Source: Selaginella moellendorffii (taxonomy: Eukaryota; Plantae; Lycopodiophyta). From it: a stretch of DNA of 64,000 bases. A model generated the notes under the pieces. The model was not told the origin of the DNA. It saw only the letters and a list, made by a program, of their open reading frames with translations, and did no database searches. The translations under genes were made by a program, and so were the position numbers. Position 1 is the stretch's first letter, and each line of letters starts with the position of its first letter. The stretch covers positions 2,257,728 through 2,321,727 of the forward strand of contig NW_003314272.1 of assembly GCF_000143415.4 (NCBI RefSeq), written 5' to 3'. This document shows positions 49,518 to 62,279 of the stretch, piece by piece.

Positions 49518-49650
49518 AGTGATCAGCCCTAGGGGTAGTGGTTAAGCCCAGGGAGATGGGATAGTCCTATAGAGCCGAATCCCAGGATCGAGACCCTGGA
49601 AGAGGAGGGACCCTCTTCAAACTGATCACTCCTTTTCATTTTTTGATTGA
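49518..49650 (+). mobile_element. Short tRNA-derived Pol III element (SINE-like)
   Basis: A-box-like TAGGGGTAGTGG (49530). B-box-like GATCGAGAC inside a CCAGG/CCTGG stem (49582-49599). 9-bp terminal inverted repeat AGTGATCAG/CTGATCACT and a T-rich tail. Further copies at 5249-6368 and ~7250-7293. Confidence 0.65.
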
Positions 49651-50019
49651 ATATTCGAACTCTGTTTCTTTTTGTTAATGAACCAAATATCCCTCAGCGA
49701 CTAAAGCTTCCTAGTTTCCTTTGGCTCTCTGGCTAGACTAGCATGGGCTCTTCCTGTTCTTAAATTTTCTTGGTTCATTGTCTCTCGCTTTGATTCTATC
49801 CATAGGTGAAAATGTGAGCCACTCTTTATCTCAAAGTTCATCTGCATCTGCGAATAACATATTAAAAACCAGGACAGCGATTTCAAAAGTGAAAAAGCTT
49901 GCGAGTAGCGTAACAACTTACTGAATGGTGGTTCTTTAGACAAAATATAATATGCCAGTATGGACAAGGTACAATGGGCTGCACAAACAAAAACAAAGAA
50001 ATTTCATGGTGCTTTATAA

Positions 50020-51135
50020 AACTTATTAAGCTCTACGATACTGTCCACCCTCGCCAGCTGCAATAACCTGTAAAACGTTCCGGCGTCTACCTTGCCAGAC
50101 AAAAGTAAAAAAGGAACGAAGTGTTAAAAACCATGTTCCAAGCTTCAAGAAGTAGCTCTCGACGCATTGATGTGGGCCTTGACCGCTCTCTGAGAAGGAT
50201 AACACGGTCGAAAAGATCAAAGAATTCAGGTGAAATCTGAACCAGCGATATGAACCCATAGCAATCTCGCTGCCAGTCTGTTTCGGTCGCCATCCTTGAT
50301 GCCATCAGCAAGAGTGCCAACCCGATCTTTATGAGACCAAACATGTATAGGATGTAGTCCTCGTAAGAGTCGCGGCATCGGACTGTGGCATATAACGCTG
50401 CCATAGGGAACAAACTCGATAGTTTCTCGGACTGTGAAAAACAACAAATGCCTGCAAGTGTAGGCCAGCTGAGAAACATCAACACGTACTTACACGTTGT
50501 TCGTGTTGAGTCACATAAGTGATCGGCCACTTTATAGCAAGTCTGGACGACAATCCAGCCTGAGTCGTCTGTTGGGACGTAGCTTTCCTCACATCACCTG
50601 TTATCACCACTGTCTGTAGAATTAACAGCCAATGTAGCATACGAAACAAAGCATCATATCTCCAAACAATCACCATGCTACCTTGAGGAGAGTGCTCTTC
50701 CCACTGCCTGTTTAGAAGGAAAAGGTCACAAACAATGAAAATCAAGGTCACGAACCTGGCGAACTGAGAACGAGAGTCATGGAACCCGGCATCACATAGC
50801 CACTCACGTCCTTGAGAACCTTGATCTTGCTGCGAGCCAGCTTAATGCAAACTCCTAGAAGGCATCCAAGTAGCTTCTTGCCAATGGCATCATAGCCAGG
50901 AGCAACTTCGGTGTGATCCATCGTGACACTGATGGCTTTGAAGCGAAGAACCTGAATGGAACGTAAGATTCCTCCATGGTAGCAAACGGGAACTTACTAG
51001 AGTCCAGGGAGGGGATTTCTCCTTGGAAGTGGATGGAGATTCATGGCTGACACACATTGGACAAAATGGGCCAGCATTTTCCTCCGAGCTCCTTGCCCGT
51101 GGCGCCGAGACTGGGGCCCGATTGACCGGCAATGG
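50020..51135 (-). pseudogene. PDR/ABCG transporter N-terminal fragment
   Basis: KIKVLKDVSGYVMPGSMTLVLSSPG (pre-Walker A) and FISLVQISPEFFDLFDRVILL. Introns retained; deletions and frameshifts. Confidence 0.8.
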
Positions 51136-51139
51136 GCTT

Positions 51140-52620
51140 CACCGGGCGTAGACCAAGCCCTAGTAAAACTAAGGAGGTGACGATGTCGAAGAAGGAGCTG
51201 GGGAGCAGAGAGACGTCACATGACTTGGGGCTCAAGGTGCAGACGTGCTGTGGTCGAGGGTGATGGTCCCAGTTGGCGTTGTAGGCGGTGAGGGCATCGT
51301 CGTATGCCCTAAACTCGACAGATTTGACGATGCGTCCACAGTGAGTCCCGTAAGATGCGTACCAGTAATTCATACCCATCTAGTAAAAAAGAAAACCGCC
51401 AGTTTTATGAGTAAGTTGAACGAGAAGCACCGGATGGAAGCCAGGAGCGTGGCGTATGACTGTTGATGCTTCCTGGAATGTATCTAGACGGGCATGCCAC
51501 CCAAAGCCTTTGAGGACTACAGCCTCCAGCAGCTATGGGCTTTGCAACACAAATTTAACAAGCAGCTGCACCGACGCATTACGTCCATTTACACTCCGCC
51601 GGAAGTACGCATGCGGCTCTCAAGGTAGCTTGGTGATAAATGTGGTTAGCCAGCTGAGCTCCGCCTGGCCGTGGAGGTGCGCTTGCAAAGTTCTAGATAG
51701 ATGCGCACACTACTCGTGGCTTCCAGGGAGGAGGCAGATTCTCTAGAAAGGGCTTCTTCCATTGCTCTACTTCCTGGACAACGAGGGAGTGGATCTCAAC
51801 GAACCCGGCACGGTATTCAACTGGACTCTAGACATGATACTGGTGAAAGTTCCTTTTCACATCGTATCTTGGTCGCCGGCAGCCTCTCAAGAACAGCCTC
51901 GACAAAAGGATCCTGGGCGTGAATGAGCAAGGCTATGACTCGTTTCATGAGGGAGACGTGCAAGAAACTGCTGCTTACGAAGAGCGTCACTTCAACGATA
52001 AGATCGTTACTTGTGACTTTATAGGAGACGCCTTCAAGAGGGACCGGGATGGTGGAAGCGCTAAAATGGCAAAACGTCACCTTTACACTGGCTCATCTCC
52101 GGCACGTAAGGACTCCATCTCAATACTCGGGCCCCGTACGTGAAACTCTTTGTGTCAATCATGCTCACACAGCCATCATCTTGTAAGTAGCCGCTGAGGT
52201 TGTCGAGCACTTAGTTTCATCGCAATGGATCACGGAACAGCGCAAGCGTCTTCAGGTGTCCACAGCCGGGGCAGAACCTTCCAGTGTGAGACAAAGCTAT
52301 AGCCACTTTCCATTCGGTCATCAATTCCCACGCGTTCCCGACTCGCCAGACGCTGGCCAGATGCTCGATCCAAACCGTTTAGCAGCGCCTCGCCAGAACA
52401 ACTTGGTCCACAGGAATGTTGTTCATCAAGTTCTCTCTTTTGTCTATGATCATATAGATGTTCTTGGTTTTTTGTCAAGGTTATGGCTCCATAATCAAGG
52501 GCCGACGCCACTTGATCGGGCATCACGCGGCAGCCCATGAAGGACTCGCACGCGCAGCGGCGTCCATCGATTCCTCCCCACAAGAATTAGACTATCGCTG
52601 ATGTGGCAATATCTGCCACG
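51140..52620 (-). pseudogene. Fragmented, intron-containing gene remnant of unknown family
   Basis: Coding-like composition, short ORFs separated by splice-like signals, telo-box near 52640. No motif recognised. Confidence 0.3.
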
Positions 52621-53586
52621 TGTACCGTGTTGGCCCCGCATTAGGGTTTTTTAGGTTTCACTTTACGGAACTCCGTGTTGGCGAGGACGATCAACAGAAT
52701 GAGAAATTTCATGAGAGCAAACTCGCCGAAATACAGGGCATACAGCACCTCCAAACGTTCCACACACATCTATACAGCAACGCAAGTAACTCAATCTATA
52801 CAGCAATGCATAGAAGTCTGACAAGCAACTATCTGAGTTGACAGATATGTACCATTGTTTCTTGAGGGGCTTTGTACCTGTTGTGAGCAGTTGTCACAGG
52901 AAGTAGAAAAGGAGGCTTTTATGCGCTCCCCCTTTAAACTTTCACGAGATTCTTGCGAGGGACAATAGCTGGGATGAAGTGGATAGGAAGTTTGCCCAGT
53001 ATGATGAGATGGCTGGATAGCTCAACGGGGAATGCAAGACTGACGAAGTTGGACACGGCTTTCCTAGATGCTGAAGAAGGTATAAGATATTGCTCAAGCT
53101 TTGTCAAGAGAATTTATACAGCCGAAGTGTAGTAGGATTGAAAAAGTTGAGCGGATGGGGCATAGCTAGAGTACCTGGACTTGAGAAAAATGTGCTGGCA
53201 AGCGTCATCCAGAACAATAAAGGCTTCCTTCCAACTTACTTTCAACCTTGGAAACATAAACTTTTCAGATGCTGATGGAGTGATGACGAAATTGGGAAGC
53301 TGATCATCATAGCTGTTCAATTCATAGTGAGCATTGATCTCACATCAGATCGGTAAACCAGTTTATGAGCTTCCTCTCTCTACGGAAGTGGGAACCAACA
53401 CTAGGGTAATCCACTATGCATTTGTGGGGTGTTCTACTATACAATCCAGGGAGGTGGTTTGAGACACTCCAAGACAGGGTTGGTCAATTTTCAAGCATCC
53501 TTGCTATACTAACGTATTTATCATTTAATGTAAATCTGTAAACCCTAGGCGTGGATAGGGCACAGGGCAAGGTGGGCGGGCGGGCA

Positions 53587-55540
53587 ATGGCGGCTGGGTA
53601 CGAGCGCGATGGCTATGGCGGCTACGAGGACTCTTACGACGAGCGGCCAGACGACGCGCACCCGCCCGATTACGTCCCCGACTATGTCAAGTCTTTCGTC
53701 GGCTACCTCTACCGCAGCATCCGCGAGAAGAATGTCTACGAGGTACACCAAATGTACGAGAGCAGCTTTAGCAAGCTGAGCGAGCGCTTCTTCTCCAAGT
53801 CGCACTGGCCCTCGGCGGAGCTCGTGGCGCCCTACGTCGACAACGATCACGTCTTTTGCCTCCTCTACAAGGAGATGTACTACAGGCACGTCTACGCCAA
53901 GCTCAATGTCACCTTCCAGGAGAGGCTGGAATCCTGGGACAATTACTGCAACCTCTTCACGGTCATCCTCCATGGAAACGTGAATATGCAGCTGCCCAAC
54001 CAGTGGCTCTGGGACATGGTGGACGAGTTCATCTATCAGTTCCAGGCGTTTTGCCAGTACCGGACCAAGCTCAAGAACAAGACCGAGCAGGAGCTAAGCT
54101 GGCTCAAGCAGTACGACGAACAGGTCTGGAAGCAAAGAAGCTTTCCTCAGTGTGTCACTGATTTCTTCCTTCTCGGTTTTGTTCTCGCAGGTGTGGAATG
54201 TCTATGGTGTGGCGAATTTCCTCCAGGCTCTGATTGACAAGTCGGAGATTCTGCAAGTCCTGGAGGAGGAGAAGGACGGGGCGGTGACGGCCTTCAGTGC
54301 CAACGATGGATATGACTACGAGGGTGGCAGCAACGTCCTCAAGGTCTTGGGATACTTTAGCATCATTGGGCTTGCGCGGGTGCACTGCTTGCTTGGGGAT
54401 TACCACACGGCTCTCAAGCGCCTCGCTCATATTGATCTCACGCAGCACGGAGTATACAGCTCTGTGATCGGCTGCCACATTACCGCGGCGTACTACTACG
54501 GGTTTTCGAACATGATGATGCTGAGGTGAGTTTTTCGAGCGTGAGCTCTCCTCGCTGATAAAACCTTCCTTTTGCTACCAAGGTACATCGATGCTATCAA
54601 GACTTTTAACCAGGTGCTTGTGTACATCTCCAAGACGAGGCAGTACCACCAGAAGTCGTCGCAGTTTGAATGGATCCTCAAGAAGAACGAGCAGATGTAC
54701 GCGTTGCTTGCGATCTGCCTGTGGTTCTGCCCCCAGTGGCACCTCGTAGAGTCCGAGAATGCGAGGAGCGATTCTCAGAGGAATGAGACCGTGACTCACC
54801 AGCTCAAGGAGAAGCGTGGGGAGAAGTTATCCAAGATGCACAAGAATGACGAGGCCGCTTTTGACGAGTGTTTCTCGTACGCTTGCCCGAAGTTTATCTC
54901 TCCATCGCTACCTGACTTGAGTGACACCTCTGGAAACTACAGCCAGGTAAGTGTGTCCTTTTTTCGTATCTTTTCAGTTCTAAGCGGGCACCTGGAATCC
55001 ACAGGAAGCATACAGGCTGCAGTTGAAGCTCTTTCTATCTGAAGTCCGACAGCAGCAGCTCCTGAACAAGATCAGAAACTACGTGAAGCTTTACACCACG
55101 ATATCTATTGCAAAGCTAGCCTCGCTTGTGGAGGTAGACGAAGCCACGCTGAGGTAGCTTGTATTTCGTTTGTCTTCTTGCGTTCTCAGCACTTAAGACT
55201 TGGCAGGATGGCTTTGATGACTTACAAGCACAAGACTCACTACATTGACGACGATGGCAGCGTAGCATCTACCGCGGACGTCGAGTTCTACATTGACGAG
55301 GTTGGGATTTGCTTGCTCGCTTGATTCTCACTCATCAGAGAGCTCAAATCTCTTCTTTATCTTTCGTCCAGGATGTTGTACACATAGCAGAGCCGAAAGT
55401 TACCAAGCGTTTTAGCGAGATCTTTGTCCGCCACATTCTCAAGGTAATGCTCTCAAGAATTTAGCTCTTTCTCTTTTAACACCATGGTTTCGCAGTTCGA
55501 CGAATTGGTTGGGGACCTGGAGCGTGTCGCACTAGAGTGA
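53587..55540 (+). CDS. eIF3L: Eukaryotic translation initiation factor 3 subunit L, multi-exon
   Basis: LYKEMYYRHVY, ESWDNYCNLF, LPNQWLWDMVDEFIYQFQ, LGYFSIIGL.RVHCLLGDY, FSYACPKFI. Telo-box AAACCCTA at ~53540. Confidence 0.95.
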
Positions 55541-55674
55541 AAGATTGTTGTGACGCGTAAAAGACTTTTTTGTTGTTAAGAGAAGAGATGAAATGTTCTG
55601 GCAGTGCCATTTGTATTAGCGTGACTCGTTCAAGAGAAGGAGAAAAACCCTCTTTGGGAACAAACGAAGGAAGA

Positions 55675-56724
55675 ATGGAGGTGATACCGGTGCCTTGTTT
55701 GGACGACAATTACGCCTATCTGTAAGCTCTCGAGAGTGAGTGCTTTGACGAAAGTTCCCTGGATTGATTGATCAGGATAATCGATGGAGCGAGCAAGCAG
55801 GCAGCGGCGGTTGATCCCGTGAAACCCGAGAGCGTTTTATCGGCAGCCAAGAAGCATGGAGCCCAAGTGACCATGGTTCTCACCACCCACAAGCACTGGT
55901 AGAGCTAGCTTTCCATTCTTTCCTCCGCAAGAAAGCTTTTCTACCAGGGACCACGCTGGAGGTAACAACGAGATCAAGAAGCTCGTCCCAGGGATCAAAG
56001 TCTTCGGTGGTGCCAAGGATAATGTGGAAGGCTGCACGGATCCTCTGGAGCACGGAGCGGAGCTTGAGCTGTCCAAGGATGTGAAGATCAAGGCCCTCCA
56101 CACTCCATGGTAAAATGTCCTCTCTTTTCTTCTCGTCTGTGATGCTGAGAGAGCTGCTCTTGGCATTCGTAGCCATACCAAGGGCCATATCAGCTACTTT
56201 GTCACCCACAAGTCTGGAGATCCTGCCGTCTTTACTGGCGACACTCTGGTACTTCCTGTCTTTTCTTTCTTGGTAGTCTTAGAATTTGCGCTGCGCAGTT
56301 CGTCGCCGGCTGTGGCAAGTTCTTCGAAGGCAAAGCTCAGGATATGTACCACTCTCTGTCCGAAGTTCTAGCCGAGTTGCCTCCGGCTACTCGAGTCTTC
56401 TGCGGACACGAGGTCTGTCTTCCACTTCTTGTATACTTTCCGTCTCTCAGCGTTTCGAATCCACCCTTGCAGTATACCGCCAAGAACTTGAAGTTCGCCA
56501 TGTCTGTCGATCCCCACAATGATGCTCTTAAGCAGAAGGTTGCCTGGACGGAAGAGCAGCGTCGGAATCACAAGCCTACGGTCCCGTCAACCATCCGAGA
56601 GGAGCTCCAGACCAATCCCTTCATGCGTGTTAACGTGAAGGAGTTCCAAGTCCATATGGGAGAGAGCGATCCGGTTGAGCTGCTGGCGTCGTTGAGAGCC
56701 GCCAAGGATCAGTTTAAAGGCTAG
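55675..56724 (+). CDS. GLX2-2: Cytosolic glyoxalase II (hydroxyacylglutathione hydrolase), multi-exon
   Basis: VPCLDDNYAYL, TTHKHWDHAGGN, TP.HTKGH, FTGDTLF.AGCGKFFEG, CGHEY, E..TNPFMR. Confidence 0.95.
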
Positions 56725-56778
56725 CTCCCTCTGTCTGGATCCTTGAGATGATAAATGATAAGTTGGCTTCCTCGAAAC

Positions 56779-59700
56779 TTATTCTTCCGGAACGTCGATG
56801 TGGATTTCTTGCTTGCCAGTGGCAACCATCTCGATGGCAGCTAAAAGCTTGCGAATCTCAAAAGGCTTCCCCATGTAACTGTCCATTCCCGCTGAAAAAC
56901 ATGTATCCTCGTATCCACGCATGGCATGCGCTGTTAACCCGATTATGGGCATTTTTCTCAGACCATCCCTGGCTTCCTGTTCCCGTATTCTACGAGTTGC
57001 TTCCAATCCATCCATGATCGGCATCTGGAAAGAAGACTTGAAACTGGAAACTTGGAAAAGAACAAGCTACCTGGATGTCCATGAGGATCAAATCAATGTT
57101 GTCCCGGTTTGCGTCCACGGCCGCTATCGCTTGGACTCCATCCCCCACAACGGTCACAATGTGGCCATGCTTTTGGAGGAGTCTAGACGCAACCTTCTGA
57201 TTCACAAGGTTGTCCTCCACCAAGAGTATGCGCTTGGTTACGTCAACCGATATTTCTGCCTCTTGTACAATGCTCGGGTCCTTGACGCTTAGAGTGACTT
57301 CTTCTTTCGGAGTCACAGGGCTGGGAGCTTGCTGAGTGCCATCCTTGGCGACCATGACGCGGGAAGTCGTATCGTCCGTAGATTCCCGAGGTGCCGGGGC
57401 TTCGTGACCATCTGCATCTGAGCTTACGACTTCAGTACTAACAGGTTTTCCCTGCGTAGTCTCGGCTCCTACACAAACCAGAATACTTATAAGTTGCCTA
57501 TACAAAAAATACGTACTTTGAGAAGTCACGGAGGCAGCTGTTGCGAAGAAACCAGATGCTTCCTGGGCAGCGCCCTCCTTGTTCAAGAGGTAAGGCAAAA
57601 CGATGTAAAAACTACTGCCTTTTCCATATTCGCTTTCCACCAGTATGTGACCTCCCATCAGCTCTACAAATCTGCAAAATCGCCGCAGCTGTTAACGAGT
57701 TTGAAGTCAGCTGCAGTTTCCTTATTAGCCAGATTGTTCTTAGAAAAACCAAAACTTACCTCTGTACCACGCAGAGACCGAGTCCTGTTCCACCATATAA
57801 GCGAGAAATCGAAGCATCCGCTTGAGTGAAGGGCTTGAAGACATCCTTGAGCTTGTTTTTGCTGATGCCAATCCCACTATCCGATATCTTGTAAAGAATG
57901 GTCACTTCGTCGGCTGACCCCCGGTTGGTAAACTTGGTGTGAGCTTGCGTGTGTTGAGGCATGAAAAGGTTTCTCGTCTCTGTAACTTCCAGCATCATTT
58001 CTAACATGTCTGACCACTGAGAGGCGTTAAGTCTCGATAGAACCGAATCGTCTTGCATTCCGAACCTGTGAACCGAAACCTCAACTCGGACCTCGCCATC
58101 GGGTGTGAATTTCAGAGCATTTCCAACTGCACGGAGGATCAGAGTTAGTTGCTCACTGTGTATACCACCGCCTCACCTAAGTTCAACAGGCACTGCCTCA
58201 ACTTTCCCGAGTCCCCGACCAGAAACTCGGGCACAGCGCTGTCGATTTCATAGCTCAGCCGAAGGTTGTGTGCCTGCGCACGCGGCTGTAGAATGTGCAC
58301 AGTGCTCTTCAGGACGTGATGAAGATTAAAAGATATCAACTCCACTTCAAAACGGCCAGCCTCGATTTTCCCCAGGTCCAAAATGCTGTTGATGATATGC
58401 AGGAGCAACTCGGCACACTCGCTGACGGTGGTCATGTTCTCCTTCTGCTCATCTGTGAGAGAAGTTCCAAGCACCAACGCTGACATTCCAAGTATTCCGT
58501 GAATAGGAGTTCTGTACAGGAAAAACAAAGTATGTTAAGGCACTGCGAAAAAAGAACGAGACGAATAATCAAACCTGATCTCATGACTCATGTTGGCAAG
58601 GAAATCGGACTTGGCTTGGCTCGCCAGTTCTGCTGCTTGCTTCGACGTCTGTAACTCTTCATTTGCCTTGACGAGCTGATGCGTTCTCTGGAGCACTAAA
58701 CTTTCAAGCTCCTCATTGAGCTTCTCAAGCTTTTTAGCTAATTGATGCTTCTCCCTGACAGCAGCCGCAAGTGACACAGCTACAGCTGAGCTAACAGATA
58801 CAAAAAGCTCTACCTGCATGACAATCCGCGGTTCCACGGTTGGGCCACCTCCAGAGATATTGTAGAGAGCACCCTTCTTTTTCACGGTCGACCAAGTGCA
58901 AAACAGGGAGATCCCGCACAAGATGAAGGCCCATCCCATCCGGTTGAAGCGGAAAGCACTGTAGACGATGACTGGAAAGAGAAGATAAGGCAGCGGCTTC
59001 ACGTACGTAGGAATGACGAGCGTGTAGACTGTTATCAGCAGCAGCACGGTGATGAACCCGACCAAAAAAATCTCCACAATCTTCCCCGGCCTAAACATCC
59101 CCGGCTTGGGCTGCCACACGAAGCTGTGGAGAACGAAAGGTGACACCGTGATGGAGGCAGCTACCACACCCAGCCACCATGTTGCCCAGCAGATTGTAAA
59201 CTCCTTCCACGGCACCATGCGCCCGACACACTCGATCAAAGCTATGGTTGCCTCGAAAGGTGCCGAGAGAAAGCAGGTGACGAGGAAGTACCACAGAGCA
59301 TCCCCAAGTGATTCGATCGTCGGTATCAGCCTGGTCTCGGAGCACAAAAATCTACGCACCATCCAGCTGCAAAAGTGGACCTCGAGCGTCCTGAGAGTAG
59401 CAGCCCCCAAAAGAACCACCGACTTCAAGAAATTCAGGCCTTCCGCGCCCCTGTCCGTGAAGTAGAGCCTGACGCCGAAGAGCCCAGCAAAGTTTCCCAG
59501 GAGAACGAAGCATCCTTTCTTGCAAGCCACTGCGAAGCCCACCGCATGAGGGAGATAGAGTGGGAAGACGATCACCTTGACGATTTGCTTCTGGAGCGGT
59601 GGTGCCGACATCTCAAACGTTGCTGCCCCGAGCGCGATCTCCAGCGCCGTCAATCCCAGGTTCCAGGCCAGGAAAGACGCCAGGCATCGCGGGCGCTTGA

Positions 59701-59806
59701 CATGAGCCACGATGCATTTGAAGGAACTGGCAGCAAATCCCTGAGCGCGAGAAGCTGCACTGGAGCACAGATCCTGGATATCAATCAGCCCCCGACCATT
59801 GGCCAT
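56779..59806 (-). CDS. Hybrid histidine kinase with N-terminal MASE1-like multi-TM sensor, HisKA, HATPase and receiver domains
   Basis: MASE1-like YLPHAVGFA, WWLGVVA..TVSPFVL, LLFPVIVYSAFRF. H-box FLANMSHEIR|TPIHGILG, N-box LRQCLLNL, G boxes DSGIGI and GGTGLGL. Receiver LLVEDNLVNQ..LILMDIQMP. Confidence 0.9.
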
Positions 59807-60126
59807 AATCTTCACCCTGGCATCCTTCTCTGGCACTGCCTCAATCCAAGGAGAGCTAATCCCCCACCCGCATTCTCTGCCTTGCGAGACAATCGCGGCC
59901 GCTCTAGCGCGCGATCCGCCAATCGCACCAGCGGTGGAATCCAGCGAGCGATGGAGGGATCATCGCGATCATACCTGGGCGGAGAATCGAGAAACCCTAG
60001 CACACGTCCTTAGGGCTTCGCGAGAAGACGATGCGACCAAGATTTTTCGGTTCGAATGGTTTAACGGATACATAGCTTCGCGGTTTTCTTTCTTCTAAAA
60101 GAATGGAGGGCTAGAATCTCGCCTAT

Positions 60127-62100
60127 CTAGCGGCGCATACGCTCGGCAATAATCCTCAATCCCATATACCTGGAAGACCAATCACATCAAAGAAAAAACG
60201 AATATCTCACTTACCTTCCCAGCATCATGACCGTCGCTTGCGGGTTCGTACCGGGCGAGAAGTTAAACGTGGAGCCGTCGATGACGCGCAGCGCATCAAC
60301 GCCTAACACGTGGTAGTCGCTGTCCACGACTCTGCCCACCTGGCAGCCACCGTGGTAGTGCCAGATTGTCTGTACGGTCGACCTGCAGAAGCTGGCCAGC
60401 GTGACATTGACCGACGACCGGAGCGTTGAATCCGCGCGGACCGGCGATGCCACCGTCCCGCCCGAGGGAAGAGCTTGGGCGTCGTAGCGAAAGCGGCGCA
60501 TGGAGCTGGAGAGGATGATCTCCTCGATCTGGTTGATCCCTTCCACGCAGCTCTGGAGATCTTCCGGGTCCTGGAAGTAATTGAAGGTGACCTGGGGATT
60601 GTCCGCGGCGTCGAGCGAGGTGAGCGTCATCTGGCCGCTCGATCTGGGGCCGATCACCTTCTCGAGCAGCACGCCCGCGCTCAATCCATCGAGCTCGCCG
60701 CTGCCCGCCTCGATGAAGCTGCCGTAGTGCGTGATCCCGACCACCTGGATGAGGCTCGTCTCCACGGGCGCGGGCGAGAGGAGGTAGACGGTGTTCATGG
60801 GGTTGTCCGCCATGCCCTGGCCGACGCCTGGGAGATTGACGAGCACGCGGATGCCCATGCTCTCGAGGTGCGCGCGCGGCCCGATGCCATTGAGCATCAG
60901 CAGCTGGGGGCTGCCCATGGCGCCCGCGGACAGGATCACCTGGCTCTGGCGATTGGAATTGAGGCGCGCGATGTGCATCCGGCTGTTGGCATCGCGGTAT
61001 TGGACCCCGATCGCGCGCGGCTGGTAACCTACACACACGACGATCCGGCCGAGAAGAGAAAGATAGTAAAATAAGAAAACAGGGGATCCCAACTGGAGCG
61101 CAAGAAATTCGAGAAAATCTGAGAGATCGGGCTTCGGTGGCTCACGCCAATCGCAGAGAATCGAGGAGGAGTTATCGAATCAATCGAATCGATCGGACAG
61201 AGAGAAAGAAGTCGATGACAACAAGTGGAGAAATTTACCTGAGGTGTCGAAGAGGATCCTCTGGACGCTGGCGCGGAGGAGCACGAGTATATTCCTGGCG
61301 GTGGCGTAGCGGAGGAGGTCGGCGGCGGTGTGGCGGTTGCCCTGATGGTCGAAGATCGACCCCCCAGTCTTGGTCCCATAGATGTGATCGAAAGTGGCGC
61401 CATTGTCCGGCGTCACCCCGGTCTCCAGCAGCCCCGCCCTAAATGCGCTCTGGAACGCTCCCAGCTGCGGCACGAACGCCACCACTCTCTCCACCCACGG
61501 ATACGACTGGTTAACCAGGCGCGCATCCCAGCCAACCCTGCGCACGTAGTCGGGGCTGGCGCGCGTGTAGAAGCCAGCGTTGAGGCAGCTACCACCGCCC
61601 AGGACGCGCGGGCGAGTGTTGCGAACGCCGTCGGTGGACGTGAAGGCCTGCGCGGGCGTGAATTGCCCCTCGGTGTCGTTGAGGCTGCGCCCAAAGTTCT
61701 CGATGCGCGTGATGTTGGCGTTGCCATAGGGCGAGGGGCCGCGCTCCAGGACGAGGACGCGGAAGTAGCGGGAGAGCGTCGCCGCCAGAGGGCAGCCGGC
61801 GGTGCCGCCGCCCACGATGATGTAGTCGTACTGCTCGTACACCGGGGAGTCGGCGGCGTCGCGGAGGAACGAGTAGGGATAGGTCTCGTCGGCGCCCATC
61901 CCTGCGCGCGCGCGAGGAAGAAGAAGAAGAAGATTCAAGAGAAAACATTTTAAAAATTGCGCGAAAGATTGGGGCGATCGATCGATCGATCATCCAATCT
62001 CGCTTCTTTTTTTCTTACCTGGCGCGATCATCAGCGCCAGCAGCAGCACCAGCGCGGAGCTTTGCATCGTGGATTTCTGCCGGGATTGGAGGATTCTCAT
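60127..62100 (-). CDS. HTH: HOTHEAD-like GMC oxidoreductase (signal peptide, 4 exons)
   Basis: YDYIIVGGGTAGCPLAATLS, RVLGGGSCLNAGFY, TIWHYHGGCQVG, SPGTNPQATVMMLGRY. Confidence 0.93.
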
Positions 62101-62279
62101 CGCAATGGCGCGCCAATTTTCTCTCTATTTCAAGAGCTAGGGGAGTGGGCGAGGACGACAATGCGAATGACCTGCCCAAAGGGCGTGGCGCCCAATCTTG
62201 GCATGCTTTCGAGGGGCGTACCCACAAATCTTGTGTGTGTTGTTCTCGTCAAGGATATGTTATTCATGGATCGATCTTT

